Of a stretch of 64,000 nt of DNA, positions 29,596-40,158 are shown piece by piece. The stretch's first letter is position 1. Each line of letters opens with the position of its first letter. The translations under genes were made by a program, and so were the position numbers. Where the stretch lies: the NCBI GenBank assembly GCA_020348925.1, contig CP070758.1, positions 3,053,688 through 3,117,687 of the forward strand. The letters are read 5' to 3'. The notes under the pieces are model-generated. The model was not told where the DNA came from. It ran no database searches and was given only the letters and a program-made list of their open reading frames with translations. The stretch is from Gemmatimonadota bacterium. Its GTDB lineage: Bacteria; JBHIER01; G020348925.

Positions 29596-30165
29596 GTGAA
29601 GAAGGATGTGGCCTTGGATGCCAGGAAAATAGTCCGTATCGCCTTTCTTGTAACGGTGGGTTTGGCTCTTTTTGTTCTGGAGACGGCTGTGCCGAGACCA
29701 TTACCCTGGTTGCGAGTGGGCTTGGCCAACAGTGCAACACTCCTGGCTCTCTTTCTCTTGGGGGTCAGAGAAGCCTTCGTTGTTGCCCTGGTGAGGTCCG
29801 TATTGGGTTCGTTCATCGTCGGGGGCCTTTTCAATCCGTCTTTTGTATTCTCCTTCTTTGGAGGCCTGGCAAGCGTGAGCGTCATGGCCATTGTTTACGC
29901 ATATTTCAGGGGGATATTCAGCGTTGTCGGTATCAGCGTTTGGGGAGCCTTCGTTCACAATATCGTCCAGCTTACAATGGCGCTGTTTCTCTTTGTTCGT
30001 CGATGGGAGCTGCTTTTTCTGTTGCCGTATTTCGTTTTTTCCACAGTGGCCACAGGTTTTTTGACGGGGATTCTTATTTTTTTCCTTCTCAAGCGTATCG
30101 CTGGGGCGGAGCATGTTCGTGTCCCCTTCTCAGGTGCAGAAATCGAAGAGGATCAATTTGTTTAA
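29596..30165 (+). CDS. Gx transporter family membrane protein
   Basis: E..VPRPLPWLRVGLAN, SVVGISVWGAFVHNIVQL; multi-TM. Confidence 0.85.
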   Translation: MKKDVALDARKIVRIAFLVTVGLALFVLETAVPRPLPWLRVGLANSATLLALFLLGVREAFVVALVRSVLGSFIVGGLFNPSFVFSFFGGLASVSVMAIVYAYFRGIFSVVGISVWGAFVHNIVQLTMALFLFVRRWELLFLLPYFVFSTVATGFLTGILIFFLLKRIAGAEHVRVPFSGAEIEEDQFV

Positions 30166-30200
30166 GATCTTAAAATCTATAAATTTTATAATAATTTTGG

Positions 30201-30229
30201 TTGACACAAAAAGATTTTTATGTTATTTT
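30201..30229 (+). promoter_or_regulatory. Putative sigma-70 promoter of valS
   Basis: TTGACA-17 nt-TATTTT with extended TG. Confidence 0.6.
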
Positions 30230-30260
30230 GCACTGTGAATATAATTATTGGAGGAGCTCT

Positions 30261-32933
30261 ATGGAGGGCAAAAAGCTGGCCACTCGCTATGACCCGAAAA
30301 ACGTCGAGGAGAAACGATATTCCCTGTGGGAACAACAGGGGCTGTTTCATGCTGAAGTCAACCCGGGAAAAGTTCCTTTTTGTGTAGTCATACCGCCCCC
30401 GAATGTAACGGGAAGTCTGACCATGGGGCATGTCATGGACAATACCCCTCAGGATATCATTGTGAGATGGCGGAGAATGCAAGGTTTTGAGACGCTGTGG
30501 GTTCCTGGGACCGATCATGCTGGCATCGCGACGCAAAATGTGGTCGAAAGACAACTGGCCACAGAGGGTCAATCGAGACATGACCTGGGGCGCGAACAGT
30601 TTTTAGAGCACGTCTGGGCATGGAAAAAGAGTTACGGCGGTCGCATTACCCAACAACTGAAGCGTTTGGGATGTTCCTGTGATTGGCAACGGGAACGCTT
30701 TACCATGGACGAGGGATTGTCCGCCGCCGTCCAGGAGGCCTTCATCCGTCTTTTCGAGAAGGGGCTCATCTACAGGGGCAAGTACATCATCAACTGGTGC
30801 CCTCGGTGTCAAACAGCGCTCTCCGACGAGGAAGTGGAGCATAAGGAGATGCACGGCAATCTGTGGTACATCAGGTATCCGGTGGTGCAAGGCGAAGAAC
30901 ACATCGTGGTCGCCACAACTCGCCCTGAAACCATGTTAGGAGATACGGCCGTCGCTGTCAATCCGAAGGACGACCGGTACCGGCATCTTGGGAGCAGACG
31001 GATCCTTCTTCCGATTGTGAACAGAGAAATTCCGGTCATTCAGGATGATTTCGTCGATCCTGAGTTCGGCACCGGTATCGTGAAAGTGACACCGGCCCAC
31101 GATCCGAATGATTTCGAGTTGGGCAGGAACCACAACCTGGAATCGGTGGTCGTCATGAACGAAAATGGGACGATGAATGAGAATGCGGGTGCGAGATACG
31201 CAGGGATGGACCGGTTCGAATGTCGAGAGGTGCTGGTCGAGGATCTCCAGAAGCAGGAGCTTCTGGAAAAGATTGAAACCCATATCCATTCTGTCGGCCA
31301 TTGCTACCGCTGTCACACGATGGTTGAACCGTATCTCTCGGACCAGTGGTTCGTTAAGATGAAACCCCTGGCCGAGCCGGCCCTACAAGCCGTCCGGGAT
31401 GGTCGTATTCGCTTCTTCCCGTCGCGATGGGCGTCTGTCTACCTTGACTGGATGGAGAACATCCGGGATTGGTGTATCTCGCGCCAAATCTGGTGGGGGC
31501 ATCGTATTCCGGTGTGGTATTGCCAAAAGTGTCCTGAGGTACTGGCCGCACGGGGTGTCCCCCAGAGTTGTCCGCGGTGCGGAGGATCAGATCTGAGACA
31601 GGATGAGGATGTCTTGGACACGTGGTTTTCATCTTGGCTGTGGCCGTTCTCGACATTGGGTTGGCCGGACGACACTCCTGAATTGAAGTACTTCTATCCG
31701 ATCTCTTTTCAAAATTCCGGTTACGATATTATCTTTTTCTGGGTGGCGCGCATGATTATGGCTGGGTTTGAATTTATGGGCCACCTTCCTTTCCCTGAGA
31801 TATACATCCACGGCATGGTCAAGGACGAACGGGGGAGGTGGATGAGCAAATCCCTGGGGAATTCGCCAGATCCTTTAGAAATTATTGAGAAATTCGGAGC
31901 CGATGCCGTCAGGTTCTCCATGGTGCTTATTACGGCTCAAGGACAGGATGCCTTCTTCTCGGAGGAGAAAGTGGTCATCGGTCGGAATTTTGCCAATAAG
32001 ATATGGAACGCCTCCCGTTTGATACTCATGAACTCCGAGGATTTCAAGCCCGACGGCCCGGAACCCGAAGAGTTGTCATTGACATTGTCCGACAGGTGGA
32101 TCCTGAGTCGACTGCACCGAACGGTTGGGAACGTCACAGAGTCCTTGACCCAATACCGATTCAACGAAGCGGCACAAATTCTCTATGACTTCGTCTGGCA
32201 CCAGTATTGTGATTGGTATTTGGAACTCATCAAACCGAGGCTCTACGGGCAGGATGAACAAGAGCGAAGAACCGTTCAGTATATTGCACTTGTTGTGCTT
32301 GACGGATTTTTACGATTACTGCATCCCTTTATGCCCTTCATCACTGAGGAGATCTGGCAGGAGGTGAAGGATCGAGTGAAGCATCAAGGACAAAGCATCG
32401 TCATCGCCCCCTGGCCGCAGGCGGAGGGGCGCCGCCTCGATGCAGCGGTTGAGCGGGAAATGGAAACGGTGCAAAAGGTTGTTGTGGCCATCCGGAATAT
32501 GAGAGGTGACATGAATATTCCTCCGGGTCAACAGGTGCGGATTCTGATCTCCGGTGACGGCCAGAGAGATCTTGAAACCATTGAACACTGCAAGGAGTAC
32601 GTGCTGCATCTGGCCAAGGTGGAGAACCTTGATATCGGCCGCGGGGTGAAGAGACCGAAGAATGCTTGCAGTGCTGTCGTCGGTGAGCTCGAAGTTTTCC
32701 TCCCTCTTGAGGGTGTTATCAATCTGGAAGTGGAGCGGAAACGTCTGGAGCTCGAGATTGACCGAATATCCGGCCAATTGGAAAATGCGGAAAAGAAGTT
32801 GCAGGATGAGAATTTCGTGCACCGGGCGCCGCAGGAGGTTGTCGATCGAGAGCGTCTGAAGCGAGAGGACTACGAGACCAGTCTCAAAAAATTGCACAGA
32901 AATCTGGAGATCCTGACGGTCTCAAAAAACTGA
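30261..32933 (+). CDS. valS: Valine--tRNA ligase
   Basis: PPPNVTG, DHAGIATQ, ATTRPET, DWCISRQIWWGH, DTWFSS, MSKS and C-terminal coiled coil; RBS GGAGG. Confidence 0.98.
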   Translation: MEGKKLATRYDPKNVEEKRYSLWEQQGLFHAEVNPGKVPFCVVIPPPNVTGSLTMGHVMDNTPQDIIVRWRRMQGFETLWVPGTDHAGIATQNVVERQLATEGQSRHDLGREQFLEHVWAWKKSYGGRITQQLKRLGCSCDWQRERFTMDEGLSAAVQEAFIRLFEKGLIYRGKYIINWCPRCQTALSDEEVEHKEMHGNLWYIRYPVVQGEEHIVVATTRPETMLGDTAVAVNPKDDRYRHLGSRRILLPIVNREIPVIQDDFVDPEFGTGIVKVTPAHDPNDFELGRNHNLESVVVMNENGTMNENAGARYAGMDRFECREVLVEDLQKQELLEKIETHIHSVGHCYRCHTMVEPYLSDQWFVKMKPLAEPALQAVRDGRIRFFPSRWASVYLDWMENIRDWCISRQIWWGHRIPVWYCQKCPEVLAARGVPQSCPRCGGSDLRQDEDVLDTWFSSWLWPFSTLGWPDDTPELKYFYPISFQNSGYDIIFFWVARMIMAGFEFMGHLPFPEIYIHGMVKDERGRWMSKSLGNSPDPLEIIEKFGADAVRFSMVLITAQGQDAFFSEEKVVIGRNFANKIWNASRLILMNSEDFKPDGPEPEELSLTLSDRWILSRLHRTVGNVTESLTQYRFNEAAQILYDFVWHQYCDWYLELIKPRLYGQDEQERRTVQYIALVVLDGFLRLLHPFMPFITEEIWQEVKDRVKHQGQSIVIAPWPQAEGRRLDAAVEREMETVQKVVVAIRNMRGDMNIPPGQQVRILISGDGQRDLETIEHCKEYVLHLAKVENLDIGRGVKRPKNACSAVVGELEVFLPLEGVINLEVERKRLELEIDRISGQLENAEKKLQDENFVHRAPQEVVDRERLKREDYETSLKKLHRNLEILTVSKN

Positions 32934-32945
32934 GGAATTGAACCC

Positions 32946-34328
32946 ATGATGAAAAAGATGAAGAACATACAGAGAGCGTCCTGGAGTTTGTGGTTTCTGT
33001 GCGTCGTATTTGCGACCCCTATCTGGGGAGAACCTCAGAGGGATATCGCCGTTACCATATACAATAACAATTTGGCCTTGGTCAGGGATGTCCGACCCCT
33101 TTCGATAGAGAGGGGTATCGTCGAGGTCAAATTTACCGACGTTGCCTCCCAAATAGACCCAACCTCCGTGCACTTTACGTCCCTGACGGCACCGGAGAGC
33201 GTTACGATTTTGGAACAGAATTACGAGTATGATCTTGTGAGTCCCAGCAAGATTTTGGAAAAGTATATCGATAAGAGCATCCGGGTCTTCACTGAAGGCG
33301 ATAAGGTTTTCGAAGGGATATTGCTCAGTTCCCAGGAGACGCATATCGTCCTTTCGGATCCAGATGGCGGGATCAGAACCCTTCAGGGCACATCTGTTCT
33401 GCATATCGAATATCCGGCGCTCCCGGAGGGATTCATCACCCGCCCGACACTGCTTTGGTTGTTACAAAACGATCGGGCGGGTCGGCATCAGACCGAAGTG
33501 AGTTATTTGACGCGCGGAGTAAACTGGCACGCCGAGTATGTCGCTGTTGTCAATCAGAACGACACACAGCTTGACCTGGGGGGGTGGGTATCGATCGAGA
33601 ATACATCAGGGGCGACTTACGAAGATGCGAAGCTGAAACTCATTGCTGGTGATGTTCACAGGGTAGAGGAGAGGAAACCCACGCCCCTCTACCGGGCCAA
33701 AGCCGATCTGGCTGTTTCAGCAGCTCCCCAATTCGAGGAGAAAGCGTTCTTCGAATATCATATGTATACCCTACAACGACGAGCAACCATCAAAGATAAG
33801 CAGATTAAACAGATGTCCCTTTTCCCGAACGCCCGGGTCGAAGTGACCAAGATCTTCACTTACGATGGAAGGCAGGACGACAAGAAGGTTCGGGTCAACT
33901 TGGAATTTCAGAACAGCTCAGAGGCTGGCTTAGGCCTTCCGCTGCCGAAAGGGAAAGTCCGGGTCTACAAGCAGGATGAGGACGAATCGCTTCAGTTCAT
34001 CGGTGAAGATCTCATCGATCACACGCCGAAAGATGAACGGGTCAGGGTTTATCTGGGGAATGCTTTTGATGTCGTCGGAGAGCGAAGTGTTCAAGAGCAC
34101 GAAAGAATCAGTGATCGAGTCCGGGAGGAGGAAGTGGAGGTGAAACTGAGAAACCACAAGGATGATGCTATTACGATTATTGTCGTGGAACATCTCTACG
34201 GTGATTGGAAAATATTGATCAGTTCTCATGAATATCGAAAAAAGGATGCAAGGACCATTGAATTTGATGTCCCTGTTCCCAAAGATTCTGAATCCATTGT
34301 GACATATAGGGTAAGATACACGTGGTAG
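32946..34328 (+). CDS. Secreted DUF4139 domain protein
   Basis: Signal peptide; VTIYNNNLALVRD, EQNYEYDL, SYLT.G..W.A.Y, LIAGDV, LGLPLPKGKVRVY, IDHTP. Confidence 0.85.
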   Translation: MMKKMKNIQRASWSLWFLCVVFATPIWGEPQRDIAVTIYNNNLALVRDVRPLSIERGIVEVKFTDVASQIDPTSVHFTSLTAPESVTILEQNYEYDLVSPSKILEKYIDKSIRVFTEGDKVFEGILLSSQETHIVLSDPDGGIRTLQGTSVLHIEYPALPEGFITRPTLLWLLQNDRAGRHQTEVSYLTRGVNWHAEYVAVVNQNDTQLDLGGWVSIENTSGATYEDAKLKLIAGDVHRVEERKPTPLYRAKADLAVSAAPQFEEKAFFEYHMYTLQRRATIKDKQIKQMSLFPNARVEVTKIFTYDGRQDDKKVRVNLEFQNSSEAGLGLPLPKGKVRVYKQDEDESLQFIGEDLIDHTPKDERVRVYLGNAFDVVGERSVQEHERISDRVREEEVEVKLRNHKDDAITIIVVEHLYGDWKILISSHEYRKKDARTIEFDVPVPKDSESIVTYRVRYTW

Positions 34329-34408
34329 GTATGTGCCCTATGGATTTTTCGAATACTTTTTTGAATCGCTTTTCACTGCTGCAAAAAAGAAAGGAGTTTA
34401 AGAGTATT

Positions 34409-37400
34409 ATGGTACGAAGGATATGTTTCGGGGGTCTCCTCCTTTTGTTTCTCATCCCTTTTCGATCTCTCTGCGCTCAAGAAGCGACGTTGACGGTCCT
34501 GCCCGGATCAGGTGAGCGCGGTACGTCGGGAAATGGGGTTGAGATCGCCTTGGAAAATGACGGAAATCTGCAGCGTATTTTTTTCAATATACAGTTTGAT
34601 CCGAACATTCTCACTGTCACTTCAGCGCAACCAGGTCCGCGCATTGACCTTGAAGTTGGTCTGGGATTTAACTGGAGCAGGCCGGAGTCAGGGACCGTCC
34701 GGGTTGCTCTCACCACTGTTTCCGGGGTGCTCGTACCTCCCGGTGATGGAGTCATTGCGACCGTCTACTTCGAGGTTTCAGAGGATGCTCCTGTTGAACC
34801 CTCTCCGCTGACACTGTCTGGGGTCACGTTGTATGAAAGCGTGAGTCAGCTTGTGCCTGCGACTCTGGTGAACGGGCTCTTTTCGGTCTTCCTGTCCCCT
34901 CATCTTGGTGTGTCAGAAGATGGGCACGATTTCGGGGGTGTCTTAGTCGGTTCCTCAAATACGTGGACCCTGACGGTTTCAAATGCTGGCACTGATACAC
35001 TGTTCGTGGACGGCTTGACGTCGTCCCACTCGGAATTTGACCTTGAGCTTCCGAGCTTTCCACAAGTTCTGATGCCGGACGAGAGTTTTGACGTCATTGT
35101 CACATTTACGCCCACCGAGATGGCCGCGGTGGCCGGATCCCTGCTGATCTTGAGTAACGATCCTGACGACACCGAATTCGCACTGCCTCTTTCGGGTGAA
35201 GGAATTTTACCGGATATCGCCCTGTCACACAGTAGTTACGACTTCGGCAACGTTCCCTTGGCTTCGGCAGTCGAGTGGATATTCACCATTTACAACGAAG
35301 GCACAGCTCCGCTGCTCGTAACGGATGTTTCGACCGATCACCCGGCCTTTTCCGTCCTCTCACCGAACTTCCCTCAGCTTATCGGTGAGGGCGACAGTCT
35401 CGAAGTGACCGTCGCCTTTCAAAGCGAGACAGAGGGAGCGGAATCGGCAACGCTGACTGTGCGCAGCGCGGATCCTGATGAGGGCACACTCAGGATCTCA
35501 CTGTCGGCTGAGGCGGTGAAGATGCCGGATATTGAAGTGGCGGACACAAGCCATGATTTTGGGCAGCTGCTCGTCCAAACTTCCTCCGAGTGGGTGTTGG
35601 GGATCACGAATGCCGGGAGTGAGCAATTGATCATTTCTCGCATTGAGTTCGACAGTGCCGATTTTCTCGTGATCTCACACGCCTTCCCGCAGTTTTTACC
35701 GGCTGGTGAGCGGCTTGATATCACCATCATGTTTACCCCTTCGGTGGTGGGGATCATATCGGCCCAGGCGACGATTGTGAGCGACGATCCTGATGAGGAG
35801 AATGTGATTGTATCCCTCTCCGGAGAAGGTGTTGCTCCAGATATCGCCCTCTCGGCGGCAGGTCATGATTTCGGTGGGGTGATCGTCGGCGACTCCGAAG
35901 AATGGGTTCTGACCATCTCAAACGATGGGAGCGGGCCGTTAACGGTCAATTCGGTATCTTCAGACCATTCGGACTTCAGCGTGACATCGCCTTCATTTCC
36001 CCAGATGGTGGCCATAGGCGAAAACATTGACGTTACGATCACTTTTGAACCGACGGGACAGGGGACAGAATCGGCCACGCTCACGGTCTCCAGTAATGAT
36101 CCCGATGAACCATCAGTGAGGCTTTCACTGGACGGCGAAGCGCTGGTTCCGGATTTGGAGGTATCAGCTCTCAGCTACGATTTTGGGGATGTTCTTATTG
36201 ACAGTCTGTCCGTCTTGACGTTGGTCTTGACAAACGTCGGAACAGGCCCTGTAACGATTGCGGAAGTAGAAACGGGACATCCGGATGTGAGTGTCGCGTC
36301 CCCTTCCTTCCCTCGAACCATTGAGGTTGGGAATTCTGTAAACCTCATACTTCATTACGTCCCAACCAGTCGGGGCTCGTTGGCGACCCAGTTGATCATT
36401 CGCTCGAACGATCCCAGTGAAGGGACGATGACTCTTGAACTCACCGGGATCGGAGCTCCCCCCATAACTCTATTGATCGAAAGGATAACGGGTGAACCCG
36501 GGGAACACAATCTGACGATTCCGATAACTCTGGACAATGTCGTCCCTGTCGCCCACGCTGAATTTTCGATCCACTATGATTCGGCGATTTTGACCGTGAC
36601 GGATGTGACACAATCTGGGCGAGGGGCCGACATGGGAACGTTCAGTTGGAGCGAGATTCATCCTGGCCAGATCGTTGTCCTTCTGTCCGATTTTAGCGGC
36701 CAGGTCATTCCTTATGGGATCGGTCCTATCGCGGAGCTGAGCGTGACGGTGTCGGAGTTGGCTCCACCGCGGACGATTTTTTTCACGTTCGCAGGGTTGG
36801 CATTTTTCGATGCATTCGGTCTGCCCTTCGAATCGAGGGCCCTCGATGGTCTCTTCACAGTCCTGGTCGAAGAGATTGCACTGCCGATCACTGCATATGA
36901 CTTCGGGGAGGTCGGTGTGGCTCTTGCGGAAAGCTGGCCGATGCTGATCCAGAATGTGGGAACTCAGGAGCTCATCATCGACAGCACGATCTCGGACAAT
37001 CCCGATTTCACCGTTACGAGCCCTGTTTTTCCCGTGAGTATCCCTCCCTCTGGGAATATCGCGGTGACGGTCGTTTTCACCCCTTCAACTCTGGGCGAGA
37101 GAGTGGGCCACCTGACCATCGCGAATAGCGATCCGGATGAGGGACAGGCTGTGGTCACGCTGAGGGGTGAAGGAACGGCGGTGGCTGTTCTGGAAGTTGG
37201 CGGTGGGTCGGGGGAGGCAGGGAGCACCGGCAACCTGATCGAAGTTCTTCTTCATAACAAGAGGGACGTCTTCGGATTTGAGTGTGTCCTGACGTTCGAT
37301 GCGGAGAAACTTTCGGTGGCGCAGGTTGTCCCCACCGACCGGTCCGAACCCCTGGGTCTTTTCAGCTGGACAACGCCGACGTCAGGACAGGTACGAATCG

Positions 37401-39760
37401 TGATTACGAGTATCGGTGGCGCTTTCATACCTCCTGGTGATGGATCGGTCGCCGATGTGTCCGTCAGTGTGGCTCAGGGTGCTGTGGTGGGCGAGGTTTC
37501 GATTTTTGTGAGTGGTGTGCAGGCCTTTGACTCGGACGGTGATCCCCTTGTATCATCGGGCATCGGCGGATCGTTCATGATAACCGGTGCGGATATTGAC
37601 CTGAGTGAGATGAGCCATGCCTTCGGGAATGTGGCCGTGGGCGACTCGGGATTGTGGCGGATGCTTCTGTTCAATGTGGGAACGTCCCCCTTAACCCTGA
37701 GTGGTATGACGAGCGACAACCCGGCCTTCACTGTCACTGGACCGGAGTTTCCCCACATCATTCCCGCCGGTGATAGCCTGGGTGTGAATGTTTTCTTTGT
37801 TCCGACCGAGCCGGGAGCGGTGGTGGGGAGTTTGGTCGTGGCCAACAATGATCCCGATGAAAGTATCCTGACCGTTCTTCTCACGGGTACCGGGACCGTC
37901 CCGGATATCTCCGTCCCTGTTCGGGAGTATTCGTTCGGGAGCGTCGGTCTGGGTCAGTCACAGGAATGGCTCTTGACCCTTTTAAATCGGGGTTTGAGCG
38001 ACTTGAGGATTTTTGGAATTTCGACGGACAGATCCGAATTCGAGGTGGCCTGGCCGAGAGATTTTCCTCAGATCGTGATTCCTGGAGGGAGTCTTGGCGC
38101 GATCATCCGTTTTGTTCCGATCGATACAGGTCTGACCACAGGCACGCTGGAGGTGCGAAGCAATGATCCCGATGAACCGTCGTTGCTCATACAGCTCTCC
38201 GGTGAAAGCGAGGCTCTGGTTCCTGATATTGTGATCTCCTCGGGAGATCATGATTTCGGCAGCGTGGCTGTGGGGGGTTCGGCGGACTGGGTTTTTACGA
38301 TTTCCAACGCTGGAATGATGGCTTTAACCGTTCAGTCCGTCGCTCCCAGGACAGCGGAATTCTCAATCGTGTCGCCCCTATTTCCTCGGAGCGTCCAACC
38401 TGGAATGAGTATTTCGGTCGTCGTTCTCTTTTCGCCATCGTCCTTCGGTCCCCAGCAGGATACTCTGACGATCACGAGCGATGATCCCGATGAGGATAGG
38501 ATAACCCTGCCGGTGCGCGGGAGTGGGGTATCGGAGACGATTCCAGAGATCACACTCTCGGCCTACAGCCATGATTTCGGGCGCATAGCTGTCGGGCAGA
38601 CCTTGGATTGGGAGCTGAGTATTTCGAACGAGGGCACGGACGATCTGACCGTCACGTCGGTTCAATCGAGTCTGTCGGAGTTTTCCGTTGTCTCTCCTCC
38701 GTTCCCCCAAACGGTCCCGCCTGGTGGCATGGTCCCAGTGCTCGTTCGGTTTGCACCGCTGTCCGTGGGAGATAAGGACGGAGTCCTTACGATTTCGAGC
38801 AATGACCCGGACGAGGATACGATCACCGTTCACATCAGTGGTGAGGGGCTGCCTGCGACCTCAACGCCCAGCATTGCCGTTTCTGCAACCGAGTATAATT
38901 TCGGACTCGTACGCGTCGGGCAGGAGTCCCGGTGGTCCTTTGAAATTTCCAATCCGGGTCTGGCCGACTTGGTTGTGTCTTCTGCTCAGTCGGATCATGC
39001 GGACTTTCAGGTCATCTCACCCGCTTTTCCTGTCACAATCGTCCCCAGCGGTCAGAGGACAGTGGAGGTTGTCTTTGCCCCCTCATCCGAAGGATTGAAA
39101 GCAGGAGCGCTTGCCATATCGAGCAATGATCCTGACAATCTTAAAATCTATGTTCTTGTGAGTGGCACCGGGCAACGCGTCGTGGGCGTCCAACTCCTCA
39201 GTTTCCTATCGCTCTATGAGAAGGGGCGGGTGATCGTAACCTGGACCACATCTTCTGATGCCGATCAGACCGAATTTCGCCTGTACCGAAAACGGGACGT
39301 CGATCGTCACGCTCAAGAACTGGCAGTGCAGGGAACGATGACCGGGTCGAATCCTTATCGGTACGTGGATCAGGATGTGGAGCATGAAGGTCTCTATGAG
39401 TACCTGCTTGCGTTGGTCGACGATGGAGGAGAGGAATTGCTTCTCGGTCGCACTTCGACGAATATCGATCACCTCGAACCCTGCGGAATGTCACTTGATC
39501 AAAATTATCCCACTCCCTTCAATCCCGAAACGAAAATAGGGTACACGGTAGCCCGTGGGGGATGGGTCACCCTCGCTGTGTACGACGTGCTCGGACGGCG
39601 GGTGAAAACGTTGGTGGCGCAATCCCAGAAGGCGGGGTATTATTCGGTCGCATGGCAGGGCGACGATGATGACGGTCGGACTGTGCACAGCGGGATTTAT
39701 ATCGCACAATTGGAGATCGGAGATCACGTGGAATCGATGAAAATGATGTTTCTCAAGTAA
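34409..39760 (+). CDS. Giant secreted protein: 3 cohesin-like domains, 11 choice-of-anchor D/ASH Ig-like repeats, FN3-like domain, T9SS/FlgD-type C-terminal domain
   Basis: Signal peptide; ~105-aa repeats (HDFG.V...N.G...L...FP...V.F.P...L.I.SNDPD...L.G.G); cohesin-like units (FDP.IL.V...G.IA...F.V...AP); C-terminal QNYPTPFNP.T.I.Y...SGIY...KM. Confidence 0.85.
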   Translation: MVRRICFGGLLLLFLIPFRSLCAQEATLTVLPGSGERGTSGNGVEIALENDGNLQRIFFNIQFDPNILTVTSAQPGPRIDLEVGLGFNWSRPESGTVRVALTTVSGVLVPPGDGVIATVYFEVSEDAPVEPSPLTLSGVTLYESVSQLVPATLVNGLFSVFLSPHLGVSEDGHDFGGVLVGSSNTWTLTVSNAGTDTLFVDGLTSSHSEFDLELPSFPQVLMPDESFDVIVTFTPTEMAAVAGSLLILSNDPDDTEFALPLSGEGILPDIALSHSSYDFGNVPLASAVEWIFTIYNEGTAPLLVTDVSTDHPAFSVLSPNFPQLIGEGDSLEVTVAFQSETEGAESATLTVRSADPDEGTLRISLSAEAVKMPDIEVADTSHDFGQLLVQTSSEWVLGITNAGSEQLIISRIEFDSADFLVISHAFPQFLPAGERLDITIMFTPSVVGIISAQATIVSDDPDEENVIVSLSGEGVAPDIALSAAGHDFGGVIVGDSEEWVLTISNDGSGPLTVNSVSSDHSDFSVTSPSFPQMVAIGENIDVTITFEPTGQGTESATLTVSSNDPDEPSVRLSLDGEALVPDLEVSALSYDFGDVLIDSLSVLTLVLTNVGTGPVTIAEVETGHPDVSVASPSFPRTIEVGNSVNLILHYVPTSRGSLATQLIIRSNDPSEGTMTLELTGIGAPPITLLIERITGEPGEHNLTIPITLDNVVPVAHAEFSIHYDSAILTVTDVTQSGRGADMGTFSWSEIHPGQIVVLLSDFSGQVIPYGIGPIAELSVTVSELAPPRTIFFTFAGLAFFDAFGLPFESRALDGLFTVLVEEIALPITAYDFGEVGVALAESWPMLIQNVGTQELIIDSTISDNPDFTVTSPVFPVSIPPSGNIAVTVVFTPSTLGERVGHLTIANSDPDEGQAVVTLRGEGTAVAVLEVGGGSGEAGSTGNLIEVLLHNKRDVFGFECVLTFDAEKLSVAQVVPTDRSEPLGLFSWTTPTSGQVRIVITSIGGAFIPPGDGSVADVSVSVAQGAVVGEVSIFVSGVQAFDSDGDPLVSSGIGGSFMITGADIDLSEMSHAFGNVAVGDSGLWRMLLFNVGTSPLTLSGMTSDNPAFTVTGPEFPHIIPAGDSLGVNVFFVPTEPGAVVGSLVVANNDPDESILTVLLTGTGTVPDISVPVREYSFGSVGLGQSQEWLLTLLNRGLSDLRIFGISTDRSEFEVAWPRDFPQIVIPGGSLGAIIRFVPIDTGLTTGTLEVRSNDPDEPSLLIQLSGESEALVPDIVISSGDHDFGSVAVGGSADWVFTISNAGMMALTVQSVAPRTAEFSIVSPLFPRSVQPGMSISVVVLFSPSSFGPQQDTLTITSDDPDEDRITLPVRGSGVSETIPEITLSAYSHDFGRIAVGQTLDWELSISNEGTDDLTVTSVQSSLSEFSVVSPPFPQTVPPGGMVPVLVRFAPLSVGDKDGVLTISSNDPDEDTITVHISGEGLPATSTPSIAVSATEYNFGLVRVGQESRWSFEISNPGLADLVVSSAQSDHADFQVISPAFPVTIVPSGQRTVEVVFAPSSEGLKAGALAISSNDPDNLKIYVLVSGTGQRVVGVQLLSFLSLYEKGRVIVTWTTSSDADQTEFRLYRKRDVDRHAQELAVQGTMTGSNPYRYVDQDVEHEGLYEYLLALVDDGGEELLLGRTSTNIDHLEPCGMSLDQNYPTPFNPETKIGYTVARGGWVTLAVYDVLGRRVKTLVAQSQKAGYYSVAWQGDDDDGRTVHSGIYIAQLEIGDHVESMKMMFLK

Positions 39761-39877
39761 GTGATACCGGAAATTTTTTGCCGAAATTTGGACGGGCAGC
39801 CGGACTGTCCGGGTGGAAAAGGGAGGTTCAATCATTCTCAGAGCGAAATGACAAATTAATTTTTTTTCATTTTTCTA

Positions 39878-39906
39878 TTGACAAAGTGCATTAAAAATAG
39901 TAAAAT
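39878..39906 (+). promoter_or_regulatory. Putative sigma-70 promoter
   Basis: TTGACA-17 nt-TAAAAT in AT-rich DNA. Confidence 0.65.
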
Positions 39907-40158
39907 TATAACTTTGTACATATAATGGTATTTTTGTCGCTCACTGTTTTCTAATAATCGACCAGTACACGAATGACGGTATGCTTGAGAGAGAGAAAAC
40001 ATAATGGAACATACGGTCGGAACACAGGGATCAACTTCATGGGAGGTGAGCGTCCCTAGACGGTGTCATTATTGATGAAAAAAATTCGATTTCAGGAAGG
40101 CAATACAGATAAAAAGTGCTTTCTCAATATGAGTTTATAATGTTTCACCCTTCTTAAA

